A stretch of DNA of 64,000 nucleotides from a virus: IMG/VR virus record IMGVR_UViG_3300009082_000018, positions 32,001 through 96,000 of that record; one strand, given 5' to 3'. Both the position numbers and the translations under genes were made by a program. Of the stretch, positions 9,719-18,041 are shown one piece after another; within the stretch, counting starts at the first letter, position 1; each line of letters opens with the position of its first letter. The notes beneath the pieces were generated by a model. The model was not told the DNA's origin. It saw only the letters and a list, made by a program, of their open reading frames with translations, and did not search any database.

Positions 9719-10162
9719 ATGGCCAATCAAGAAAAGAATGATCTCACTGAGGTCAAGCAAAAACTCAACAGTCTCCTGGAAGCGGTACAGAGCAAGAAAG
9801 AAGAAAGTCAAAAGAGCGGCACGTCGTGGGGTTGGGTCACAGCAGCCATCGCAGCTATCCTAGCCTTCGTTGGACTAGCCTTCGCGGCCTACGATGCCTG
9901 GAAGAAGGGCCGAGAGATCGCCAAGCTAAAACACGAAATGGACAAACAAGAGGAGTTGAAGATTCAAGCTGAGATCAATGCCAAGATCACAGCTGAGAGC
10001 GACGTGCAGAAGTCACAACGGATGGTCGCAGAGCAGCTAGCCAAGCAGATTGAGAAGACTAAGAAAGAGATCATAGCGCTCGAGAAGGAACGTCTATCTG
10101 TTCATAACAAGATCGACAAGGTCACCAGCTGGGCCGACATCGATAAGCTGATGGGTAAATGA
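9719..10162 (+). CDS. membrane-anchored coiled-coil protein (lysis/spanin-like)
   Basis: One TM segment (WVTAAIAAILAFVGLAFAAY) followed by coiled coil. Confidence 0.5.
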   Translation: MANQEKNDLTEVKQKLNSLLEAVQSKKEESQKSGTSWGWVTAAIAAILAFVGLAFAAYDAWKKGREIAKLKHEMDKQEELKIQAEINAKITAESDVQKSQRMVAEQLAKQIEKTKKEIIALEKERLSVHNKIDKVTSWADIDKLMGK

Positions 10163-10163
10163 C

Positions 10164-10625
10164 ATGCGCTACCTGATCGCAGTTCTGATCTCCATGTTGG
10201 TTGTTCCACCAACACTCAGCCTGGCCCATCCCCCGCTCTTCCGGCTGCCGGAGGGAAAGCGAGTCGAAGTCTCGGGAGAGACTCTGCAGGGCTACACGCT
10301 AGAGGAGATGAAGGTGCTCCTCAAGATGGACGCGGACCTGGAGAGCTTTTCGGAGCAGCTACCGAAGATCAAGTCCGCACTCGATGCAGCTGAGAAAGCT
10401 CTGAAGGCCAAGGACACCATGCTCGAGTCCAAGGACAAAGCGATCAGCCTGCTCACGCAAGACCGTAACCGAATCACGGAAAAGTGGACTCAGGAGAACA
10501 AATTACGGCATGAGTGTGAGAACAAACCCAAATTCGGAAGTTGGATTGCCTGGGGGCTGACGGCAGTCCTGGGTGCGACAACCGTAGCCTTGGGGATCAC
10601 TCTTGTGGTAAAAGAGACTCGTTGA
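10164..10625 (+). CDS. secreted coiled-coil protein with C-terminal TM (spanin-like)
   Basis: N-terminal signal peptide, coiled coil, C-terminal hydrophobic helix. Confidence 0.5.
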   Translation: MRYLIAVLISMLVVPPTLSLAHPPLFRLPEGKRVEVSGETLQGYTLEEMKVLLKMDADLESFSEQLPKIKSALDAAEKALKAKDTMLESKDKAISLLTQDRNRITEKWTQENKLRHECENKPKFGSWIAWGLTAVLGATTVALGITLVVKETR

Positions 10626-10672
10626 CGCTGAGAAGATCAAGCGTCATAGGCCTTGGTCTGAAGGAAACACAC

Positions 10673-10882
10673 ATGAGAAGGTTCCACCTACTTAGGCTCG
10701 AAGATGAAACTGGCACTAGTGGCAAGGGGGTGGTCGCTGAGGGCGTCAAATTCACGGATGGTGTCGTAGCGGTGCGCTGGTTGTCACCAACTCCAACGAC
10801 CGTGATCCACGACAACATAGATTCGGTGACCAAGATCCACGGTCACAACGGAAAAACTCAGATCGTCTGGAGAGACGAGTAG
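10673..10882 (+). CDS. small hypothetical phage protein
   Basis: AAGGA SD; R.ED.TG.SG.GVVAEGV.F.DG...HGH.G.T pattern. Confidence 0.65.
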   Translation: MRRFHLLRLEDETGTSGKGVVAEGVKFTDGVVAVRWLSPTPTTVIHDNIDSVTKIHGHNGKTQIVWRDE

Positions 10883-10885
10883 CCC

Positions 10886-11518
10886 ATGTGGGAATTCGTG
10901 AAAAGTGCGCCTTGGACCTGGGCAGTTGGTGCCTTGATCTTTGTTTCTGCAATCGTGGGTGTTGTCTGGGGTGTGGTGAGACACCACGATCGGGGCTTCA
11001 TGAAGCGTGGCACCAACACGCTTCAGTGGGGCAAATCTGACATCCCCTTAAAGATCAAATACACCCGACAGGTTCATAGCACCTATGTGGAGCTAGCAAA
11101 GCTCTGCACTGCTCAGCTCAACAATCGATTGGGCAAGCTTATCTTTGATCCTGTGCTTGACCGGTACGAAGACAGCGGAAACCTGACCAAGATCGACGTG
11201 CTTCTGGACAAGTTGGACATACCCTTCAGTGCAGTTGAGGCACCAGATGGATCGGTGAGGGTCGAGGACAACGTAGGTGGCCGCACCGACGTGTACGACA
11301 ACGCCGGCCGAATCGTGTTGGCCAAAGTCCTCATGCCTGATCCAGCCAAGGGCTGGGCCAACGGTACAATGCTTACACATCTGAGGCACGAGCTAGGCCA
11401 TGCACTTGGATTGGACCACGATGACAAGAAGGATTCTGTGATGCACCAGGTCTCAGAACAGCGGACCAAGGATTTCACAGCTTCTGATCTTGATAGGCTG
11501 AAAAAAACGTACTTGTAG
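10886..11518 (+). CDS. membrane-anchored matrixin (M10/metzincin) zinc metalloprotease
   Basis: HELGHALGLDH zinc motif, SVM Met-turn, N-terminal TM. Confidence 0.85.
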   Translation: MWEFVKSAPWTWAVGALIFVSAIVGVVWGVVRHHDRGFMKRGTNTLQWGKSDIPLKIKYTRQVHSTYVELAKLCTAQLNNRLGKLIFDPVLDRYEDSGNLTKIDVLLDKLDIPFSAVEAPDGSVRVEDNVGGRTDVYDNAGRIVLAKVLMPDPAKGWANGTMLTHLRHELGHALGLDHDDKKDSVMHQVSEQRTKDFTASDLDRLKKTYL

Positions 11519-11537
11519 CTTCTTCTACGCGGAGTTG

Positions 11538-11993
11538 ATGATGGACCAACGGCCTGGCGGCTCGATCCTTTTTCTAATCTTCTGCGAGCACACAGTCTTC
11601 TTCAAACTGGACTCGATCTTCCCTGAGTGCTACCTACATCGGGATCAGATGCCACGTACTGATCCTTTGATGTGTTTGTACTCGAACTGCCCAGGGAACA
11701 AGAACTGCATGGAGACTCTAGCCAAGCGGATCTTCGTTCTATTCCATGAGGTCATTACCCAGGCTGATCTGATTGTCCTCTACTACCGCAAGCAGACCTC
11801 AGATAGCCTTGGCGCCGGACTCTTTTGGAAGGACATGCGGGAGCCCAGGTACATCACCATGAATCCGTCTGCTTGGGACCTCATCAAAACCCGTGGTCTG
11901 GTCTTCCAATTCACACCGGGACCCTACTTTTTCCTTACTGGTTCTGCACCGCCCCCGAAAGAGGAGACCGAGAGCGAAAAAAGTGCTCTCTAG
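11538..11993 (+). CDS. hypothetical protein
   Basis: Co-directional ORF with GGAG SD. Confidence 0.55.
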   Translation: MMDQRPGGSILFLIFCEHTVFFKLDSIFPECYLHRDQMPRTDPLMCLYSNCPGNKNCMETLAKRIFVLFHEVITQADLIVLYYRKQTSDSLGAGLFWKDMREPRYITMNPSAWDLIKTRGLVFQFTPGPYFFLTGSAPPPKEETESEKSAL

Positions 11994-12019
11994 GACCCTC
12001 GAGAACTGTATAAAGGTAT

Positions 12020-12619
12020 GTGACAACACCAATCACACCAAAGAAGCCGGTCGTCGGCCGCAACGAGGCAGACCAGCATCCTGAGCTGAATGGGGCCCAC
12101 CTCCTAGTCTCCGTGGGGCTCAAGAAGCGCTGGTCCAAGAAACCAACCTACTGGATCGAGATCTACGGCAAGCACGAAGCTCGGCCTAGTGGTCACCCGC
12201 CCCCTTCAGCGACGAAGATCATCCGCTTCTACGTCTTCCGCCAGTGGTCCTTCATCAAAGGATCCATGTTCGATGAAAACCGTGAGTTGGTGGCGGGAGG
12301 ATTCTTGATCCCGACGTGTTTCACCCAGGTCCGGGCGGCGTTGGAGGTGAGCACTGAGATTGTGCGCAAACAGGTTGCTGACAAGGGCTATGATGTGTGC
12401 GATGTCAACATCCCCGATGAGGTGCAAAAGGCTACGTGGGGGATGCTACTTCTGAGCGAGCTAAACACGCACAAGGACATCTTTTTCAAGATCAGCAACG
12501 ACAAGGGCCAGCAGCGTGCAGAGGAAGCTACAGAGATCAAGATGATGGCCAAGCCACCCGCCAAAAAGGTAGACTTCTGGGACACAGCTCGACAACGTGA
12601 GAAGAAAGCCAAATGGTAG
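12020..12619 (+). CDS. hypothetical protein
   Basis: 199-aa ORF overlapping the helicase start. Confidence 0.6.
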   Translation: MTTPITPKKPVVGRNEADQHPELNGAHLLVSVGLKKRWSKKPTYWIEIYGKHEARPSGHPPPSATKIIRFYVFRQWSFIKGSMFDENRELVAGGFLIPTCFTQVRAALEVSTEIVRKQVADKGYDVCDVNIPDEVQKATWGMLLLSELNTHKDIFFKISNDKGQQRAEEATEIKMMAKPPAKKVDFWDTARQREKKAKW

Positions 12620-14061
12620 CTTATGACAAATCCTGCACCATTGTGATCAACGGTGCAGATGCCTGCATCGAAGGGATCGTCCCCTGGAACACGGTGATCG
12701 ACGCGACCAGCTACTTCTCGCCCGGCTACCAGTTCAGTCCTCGCTTCCGCATGCATCAGTGGGATGGTAGGATCAAGCTCTTCAAGCTGCGGACTCGATC
12801 TTTCCCAGCTGGCCTGACAAAGGATGTCCAGACCGCCCTCTCAGAGATCGGCGTCAAGACACACGTTGACGAGCGGCGAAAGATGCCGGCGCTTCCGCCC
12901 CTCGATGTCAATTGGACGCGAGGACTTGAGCTGGAGGGGGTCAATTTCGCGTACCCGTACGACTACCAGACAGACGTGGCTGAGAAGATGCTCGAGGCCC
13001 AGCGAGGCATCGTGGCCATCGCCACCAACGGGGGCAAGACCGAGATTGCTTGCCTCGTGACCGCTGCCCTGCGCCTTCCCACGCTGTTCCTGGTGCCGGG
13101 CAAGGAATTGCTCCATCAGACGGCCAAACGCTTCACCAAGCGGCTCAGGCTGCCCGAGAGCGACCCCTGTGGGGTAGTTGGGGACGGCATCTGGAAGGAG
13201 GGCTCCTGGGTCACGGTAGCTTCGGTCCCCACCCTCTTCCAGAGCCTGGCCAAGGAACGTGGCAGGAAGCTCCTGGAGCGCTCCCAGCTCGTCTTCGCGG
13301 ATGAATGCCATCATACCGGGGCGGACAGCTGGTATCTCGTCCTGAGGGCCTGCAACGCGTTCTTCCGGTACGGGATGAGCGGCACTCCCCTGAAGCGTAC
13401 AGACGGGGCAGATCTGCGGCTCGTGGGTGTCACAGGTCCACTCATCGCGGAAATTCGCAACAAGGAGCTGATCCAACGGGGCATCTCGAACAAGGTGAAA
13501 ATCGAGATAATCCGCATAGATCAGCCCGACGACATCGACCCAGCAACGCCCTACCAGGACGTGTACCAGATCGGCATCGTCGAAAATCCCTATCGAAACA
13601 GGGCGTTGTGCAAGAAGATCGAGGAGAAGGTCGCCGCCAAGAAGAGCGTCATCGTGCTCGTCAAGGAGATCTTCCACGGTGACAGGTTGGATGAGAACCT
13701 GTGGAAGTACTGTAAATTTGTACCCCACAAGTTCATCAACGGCCAGGAGACCTCCGAGGTCAGACAGCGTGCTCTGGCTGAGTTCGAGAGCGGCGCTCTG
13801 AAGGTGCTGATCGCCACGTCGATCTTGGATGAGGGAGTGGACATCCCCAACATCGACGTGATGGTGCTGGCAGGTGGAGGCAAGTCGTCAATCAAGACGC
13901 TGCAGCGGATCGGTCGAGGTCTCCGCAGAGGAGGATCATCGGACACCCTTGAGGTGGTGGACACAGCCGACTTCACCCACGAGTACCTCCTGAAGCACAG
14001 TCTGCAGCGCCTCGAGGACTATAAGGCCGAAGACTGCTTCGAGATCATCGTTGCGAGGTAA
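12613..14061 (+). CDS. superfamily 2 (UvsW/XPB-like) DNA helicase
   Basis: ATNGGKT Walker A, DECHH, SGT, EGVDIP, QRIGRGLR. Confidence 0.9.
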   Translation: MVAYDKSCTIVINGADACIEGIVPWNTVIDATSYFSPGYQFSPRFRMHQWDGRIKLFKLRTRSFPAGLTKDVQTALSEIGVKTHVDERRKMPALPPLDVNWTRGLELEGVNFAYPYDYQTDVAEKMLEAQRGIVAIATNGGKTEIACLVTAALRLPTLFLVPGKELLHQTAKRFTKRLRLPESDPCGVVGDGIWKEGSWVTVASVPTLFQSLAKERGRKLLERSQLVFADECHHTGADSWYLVLRACNAFFRYGMSGTPLKRTDGADLRLVGVTGPLIAEIRNKELIQRGISNKVKIEIIRIDQPDDIDPATPYQDVYQIGIVENPYRNRALCKKIEEKVAAKKSVIVLVKEIFHGDRLDENLWKYCKFVPHKFINGQETSEVRQRALAEFESGALKVLIATSILDEGVDIPNIDVMVLAGGGKSSIKTLQRIGRGLRRGGSSDTLEVVDTADFTHEYLLKHSLQRLEDYKAEDCFEIIVAR

Positions 14062-14068
14062 GTCTTTC

Positions 14069-14353
14069 ATGGCTACTACGTGGAAGGGGAGTCGTCCACA
14101 AGACTTCACAATCACCATGAGTGGGCCACACCAGTTTCAACCTGGGATGCTCATCAATATCGACACTGGTGACGGCAAAAAGAAGCAATGTATGATCACA
14201 GAGATCGTCGATAGGCACACGTTGCAGCTCGCAGAGCTAACAGCGCAAGAGCAGTCCTTTGGATCACCTGTGGTGTATGGGATGATCAGGCCAGAGAAGG
14301 AACGTACGGACATCGTCAGGCGTGAGGATGCGCCCTACAAGGACATCGAGTGA
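14069..14353 (+). CDS. hypothetical protein with C-terminal RxxAPY motif
   Basis: GAGGT SD; ends VRREDAPYKDIE. Confidence 0.6.
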   Translation: MATTWKGSRPQDFTITMSGPHQFQPGMLINIDTGDGKKKQCMITEIVDRHTLQLAELTAQEQSFGSPVVYGMIRPEKERTDIVRREDAPYKDIE

Positions 14354-14681
14354 TCAAGCAGCCTTCGGATAGGCCTCGTCGATCAAGTCCGCCACAGGGG
14401 CGTCCCGGTCGTGGTCTCCGAAGAACCGCTGATCTGGCGCACGCTCTACCAGCTGGGCTGAGTGTACCGCTCCCGTTGGTACTACAGGTACTGGGACGGA
14501 AGCGCATACGACAGCGTTGGAACACACCAGACATAGTCTGGCGTGTGCTAGGCCGTACAGGCCTGGCAGGGCTGGGTGAGCTGGGGCCCCGCATCTGTCG
14601 CAACGAAGGTACATGGTCTCCACTCAGTAAGCATCGATCCAAGTTGTGGTCGATTGAGATCAAAAGTCAAGAGGTTTTTTC

Positions 14682-14918
14682 ATGGATACCGTGATCCACA
14701 TCAGCCCTGTTGGTTGGTGGGTCTCCTATAAGAAGGACCAATGGACCGGTCCCTTCAAGGATGAGAACGAGGCCCACGAAGCGGCCAAGGTGATTGTGCC
14801 GATGATCTATCCGGAGTACCAGCTACTACGGGTCATGCCGTGGGAACGGAAGACCTGTCCCAACGTCTACAACGAATTGTTGACGAAGAAGAATAGGAGA
14901 TCGAAATGCCAGGACTGA
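14682..14918 (+). CDS. hypothetical protein
   Basis: GAGGT SD; GPF...EEA pattern of small phage proteins. Confidence 0.55.
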   Translation: MDTVIHISPVGWWVSYKKDQWTGPFKDENEAHEAAKVIVPMIYPEYQLLRVMPWERKTCPNVYNELLTKKNRRSKCQD

Positions 14919-15691
14919 TCATCAATGGCAAAGAAGAACTGGTTGATGGACTCACCATCATCAACTACAAGGACGAGCCCAAGCTCAAGCTCAAGGCGGG
15001 CGAAGACATGCGGGCGCGCAAGACCCGCTGGATTCGTTCGATCGTCCTGCACAACACCAAGAACATCCAAACCAAGGTCAAGGCTGGCTTTGGTCCCTCC
15101 ACCAATCTCGGCAAGCGCATCGCCGATCTTTGGGCCACGAGCAGCAAAAACGCTGGTGCTCACCTGTCCGTGGACTGGGACGGGACGGTCTACTGCCACG
15201 CAGATCTACTTCAGGATGCGACCTACCACGCAAGTTCGATGAATGAGGTCTCGATCGGAATCGAGATCTACGAGGATGGGAAGGGCGTGGTGTACGAGGG
15301 CCAGCTCGACGTCGTGGTCAAACTCGTGGTCTGGCTCTGCCGGCGCTTTGGTATCCAGATGCAGATGCCGATCGCCATGGACAACTCCGAGATCTCTCGG
15401 ATCAAGCGTGGCGGCGAAGACTGTGTAGGGGTGTTCGGTCACTGCCACCAGAACCACAAGGACAAGGCCCACGACCCTGGCATCGACATCTTCAAGCGCC
15501 TGAAAGCCGATGCTGGGTTCAAGGAGTTCGACTTCGCTCATCAGGGCATGCCTGATGACATCAAGTACTGGATGATCACCCAGAAGGCACTCGATCTCGT
15601 AATCGACGGTGTGCCTGGCCCCAAGACCTGCGACGCACTCCAGGCTCGTGGGTTTGCCAACGGTCTCTACGACTGGAAGACGACACTGTGA
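14906..15691 (+). CDS. N-acetylmuramoyl-L-alanine amidase (amidase_2 endolysin) with C-terminal peptidoglycan-binding segment
   Basis: IVLHNT, AHLSVD.DG, YHA...N..SIGIE, GH....DPG; L..DG.PGP.T. Confidence 0.85.
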   Translation: MPGLIINGKEELVDGLTIINYKDEPKLKLKAGEDMRARKTRWIRSIVLHNTKNIQTKVKAGFGPSTNLGKRIADLWATSSKNAGAHLSVDWDGTVYCHADLLQDATYHASSMNEVSIGIEIYEDGKGVVYEGQLDVVVKLVVWLCRRFGIQMQMPIAMDNSEISRIKRGGEDCVGVFGHCHQNHKDKAHDPGIDIFKRLKADAGFKEFDFAHQGMPDDIKYWMITQKALDLVIDGVPGPKTCDALQARGFANGLYDWKTTL

Positions 15692-15948
15692 TCTTGAAAT
15701 TCAACAATAGCCAACAAGCCAGGTTGTTGGCAGAGCTGACAGGTGATCTGGTTCAAATCGAAGAGGCCGAGATCAAACACCCAACACTTGACCACATGTG
15801 CATGTTGGTTGGCAGTGTGAGAGATGGTGGTCGTACCAAGCTCTGGTTGCGGTTGGAGGAGGTTTCTGAACTGACTTCTGCTGTTGATCCTATTCGTAGA
15901 CCGCCGATTAGAATGAAAAAGAAACCACCACCCATGAGGCAAAAATGA
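15688..15948 (+). CDS. hypothetical protein with C-terminal KKKPPP tail
   Basis: GTGA overlap with the amidase stop. Confidence 0.55.
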   Translation: MILKFNNSQQARLLAELTGDLVQIEEAEIKHPTLDHMCMLVGSVRDGGRTKLWLRLEEVSELTSAVDPIRRPPIRMKKKPPPMRQK

Positions 15949-16128
15949 GAACCGTGATCATTTTGAAGGCACCAAAGCCGTGAAGTGTAGCAGAAGAGAA
16001 GATCGTCGTCGTCTTCGAGGTGGCTCGCAACTGACGCGTAAGAAGCGTCGACGAAATCGTATGCTGCGTCTGGTTCTCACTAGACGAAATCGCAGGGTAC
16101 AGCGACAACAACTGGCCCAAGAGGAATT

Positions 16129-16896
16129 ATGATCAAGCAACCTCCCCCTGTTCGACCTCCGGTGAAAGGCTGGAAACAGGCGCCTGGCGGCAAGATTTTC
16201 ACCGGGGACTGCATCGACATGCTCAAAGAGCTGAGTTCAGAGTCTGTTGATCTGTCAATCTTCGATCCCGCCTACGAAAGCCTGGAGAAGCATCGAGCTG
16301 TCGGATCGAAGACCAGGCTCAAGCACTCCAAGGCCTCCAGCAACGATTGGTTCACGACCTTCCCCAACGCCCGATACGGGGAGCTGTTCCAGCAGCTCTT
16401 CCGAGTGATGAAGCCAGGGACTCACATCTACATGTTCTGCGACGAGGAGACTCGCGACGTGGTGACCTGTGGCTGGTCTCCTCAATCTCCGAATGTCAAC
16501 CTCGGTTTCTCACCCATCCTGGCCGCCGGCTTCAAGTACTGGAAGGCTCTCATCTGGGACAAGATGATCGCCGGCATGGGCTATCATTATCGAGCCCAGC
16601 ACGAATTCATCGTTATGGCTGAGAAGATCGTGAGAGTGAACAAGCACCGGCAGCTAAACGATCTAGGACCAGGTGACGTCCTCCAGCATCGTCGCCTCAA
16701 GGGACCGGATTACTACCCGACGGAGAAGCCTCGAGAGTTGATCGAGCTGTTGGTGAAGCAGTCGTCGAATACAGGTGACACGGTGCTTGATATGTTCGCT
16801 GGTTCTGGTGTGGTGGGTCAGGTCTGCCAGGACATCGATCGTCGTTTCATCCTGGGTGACATCGACACCAAAGAGATTCGCCTGAGACTCGTATGA
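16129..16896 (+). CDS. N6-adenine/N4-cytosine DNA methyltransferase (beta class)
   Basis: GDC..L, DPAY (motif IV variant), YPTEKP, VLDMFAGSG (motif I). Confidence 0.88.
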   Translation: MIKQPPPVRPPVKGWKQAPGGKIFTGDCIDMLKELSSESVDLSIFDPAYESLEKHRAVGSKTRLKHSKASSNDWFTTFPNARYGELFQQLFRVMKPGTHIYMFCDEETRDVVTCGWSPQSPNVNLGFSPILAAGFKYWKALIWDKMIAGMGYHYRAQHEFIVMAEKIVRVNKHRQLNDLGPGDVLQHRRLKGPDYYPTEKPRELIELLVKQSSNTGDTVLDMFAGSGVVGQVCQDIDRRFILGDIDTKEIRLRLV

Positions 16897-17366
16897 CCAC
16901 GCTCAAGATCACCTTTGATCCCGATACCAAGTTCTGCCAGCTTCGCTTCGGCTACAATAAGCGATTTGCTGAATTCATGAAAAGTGGGATCACTCCTCTT
17001 TCTTATCGGCGCTGGGTGGCAGACAAGAAGTACTGGGAGGTCCACGTCTCGAAGCTGGCTCGTGTGGTCGTGGTGGCCCGTCGCTACTTCGGTCATGTCG
17101 ATTACTCAGAGCTGCCAGGTGGCCTACAGATCGAGCTGGCCATCAGGATGAGTGCCTTCGATGACGTGGAGGCACCGCCCAAGAGGACGGCTTCTACACC
17201 GCACGATGTGCTCTACCTGCTACCCACTGCGCCAATCGAGGTGGTCAAGGCAGCCTATCGAGCCCTGGCTCTTATTCATCACCCAGATCGGGGCGGTGAC
17301 GAGGAAATCCTGAAGGAGATCAACTCTGCTTACGAAACCATCACTGAGGCGAAAAAAGAGGGTTGA
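16893..17366 (+). CDS. J-domain protein with N-terminal HARP-like domain
   Basis: VKAAYRALA..HHPDRGG....EIN.AY; N-terminal F.Y...F...K......RRW....K.W.V. Confidence 0.8.
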   Translation: MTTLKITFDPDTKFCQLRFGYNKRFAEFMKSGITPLSYRRWVADKKYWEVHVSKLARVVVVARRYFGHVDYSELPGGLQIELAIRMSAFDDVEAPPKRTASTPHDVLYLLPTAPIEVVKAAYRALALIHHPDRGGDEEILKEINSAYETITEAKKEG

Positions 17367-17392
17367 CAAACGACCCGACCTAGTTCAAGGAT
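17363..17392 (+). promoter_or_regulatory. candidate sigma70-type promoter of the leader/tRNA operon
   Basis: Perfect TTGACA at 17363-17368. Weak -10 AAGGAT at 17387-17392 (18-nt spacer); AAGGA could instead be the leader SD. Confidence 0.45.
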
Positions 17393-17397
17393 GAAGA

Positions 17398-17553
17398 ATG
17401 ATGTTCCAAGCCGCAAAACGAACAAAGTCGAGCGCCCGGAGTTGGCGCGGGACGTGTTCGTTTAGCGTGCGCCCAGATCATAGCTCGAGGGAATTGGGTA
17501 CCCTGCAGTCTTACCCGAATACCCTCGAGCCCATTGGAGCGCCAGGCGGCTAG
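17398..17553 (+). CDS. attenuator leader peptide (51 aa, MMFQAAKRTKSSARSWRGTCSFSVRPDHSSRELGTLQSYPNTLEPIGAPGG)
   Basis: ATG ATG at 17398/17401, TAG at 17551-17553. Contains all 20 amino acids; the last codons form the antiterminator strand. Not in the supplied ORF track (<60 aa). Confidence 0.7.
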   Translation: MMFQAAKRTKSSARSWRGTCSFSVRPDHSSRELGTLQSYPNTLEPIGAPGG

Positions 17554-17589
17554 GACTCGAGGAAACATAGGACTCGAGAGGCCGCCTGG
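17542..17589 (+). promoter_or_regulatory. antiterminator helix
   Basis: CCAGGCGGCU (17542-51) pairs with GGCCGCCUGG (17580-89): 9 WC + 1 GU. Inner CUCGAG/CUCGAG pair (17556-61/17573-78). Mutually exclusive with the terminator. Confidence 0.75.
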
Positions 17590-17611
17590 GAAACCAAGCG
17601 GCCTTTTTTTT
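17579..17611 (+). terminator. intrinsic terminator directly upstream of the first tRNA
   Basis: AGGCCGCcUGG-GAAA-CCAaGCGGCCU stem followed by a U-tract to 17611. Confidence 0.9.
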
Positions 17612-17616
17612 GTTCT

Positions 17617-17688
17617 GGGTGGTTCGTCCAACTGGAAGGGCCCCGGGCCGTAACCCCGGCTATCTAGGTTCGACTCCTAGACCACCCA
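17617..17688 (+). tRNA. tRNA-Tyr(GUA), atypical: short variable loop, C33
   Basis: GGGTGGT/ACCACCC acceptor; loop CC-GTA-AC; TTCGACT. Confidence 0.75.
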
Positions 17689-17755
17689 TTGGAGATCGAC
17701 TATGTGCTTGCAGGAATTCATGCACCGCTTGAAACAGAGGCTTGAGTCAGATCAA

Positions 17756-17828
17756 GCCTCCGTGGTGCAGCGGCTAGCACACATGGCTTTTACCCATCGA
17801 GACGCAGGTTCGAGTCCTGCCGGGGGCA
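17756..17828 (+). tRNA. tRNA-Lys(UUU)
   Basis: GCCTCCG/CGGGGGC; loop CT-TTT-AC. Confidence 0.85.
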
Positions 17829-17840
17829 CTGAAGGAAGTC

Positions 17841-17912
17841 GGGCTCGAAGTGTTATGGTTGCACAGCGGACTCTTAATCCGACAAGTGAGGGTTCAACTC
17901 CCTCCGGGCCCA
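17841..17912 (+). tRNA. tRNA-Lys(CUU)
   Basis: GGGCTCG/CGGGCCC; loop CT-CTT-AA. Confidence 0.88.
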
Positions 17913-17923
17913 TTGAGAATTGA

Positions 17924-17995
17924 TCCGGGTTAGCCTAGCGGCAAAGGCAGCGCGCTCTGACCGCGCCATCGAAGGTTCGAGTCCTTCACCCGGAA
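17924..17995 (+). tRNA. tRNA-Gln(CUG)
   Basis: TCCGGGT/ACCCGGA; loop CT-CTG-AC. Confidence 0.9.
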
Positions 17996-18006
17996 CTGCG
18001 CAACTG

Positions 18007-18025
18007 GCCCTTGACAATTGAATAG
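18007..18025 (+). promoter_or_regulatory. boxA-like antitermination element
   Basis: GCCCTTGACAATTGAATAG resembles rRNA-operon boxA-containing leader/spacer sequences; the embedded TTGACA has no matching -10. Confidence 0.5.
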
Positions 18026-18041
18026 CTGGTCGTGGTCGTTT

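Noticed and set aside
14350-14694. Plus-strand 114-aa ORF versus minus-strand 14354-14623 CxxC ORF
   Set aside because: I cannot decide which, if either, is real, so neither is listed as a feature.
17391-17465. Alternative 24-codon ORF (MKNDVPSRK...) in the leader
   Set aside because: Its stop is far from the antiterminator and its start overlaps the candidate -10/SD. The 17398 frame explains the structure better.
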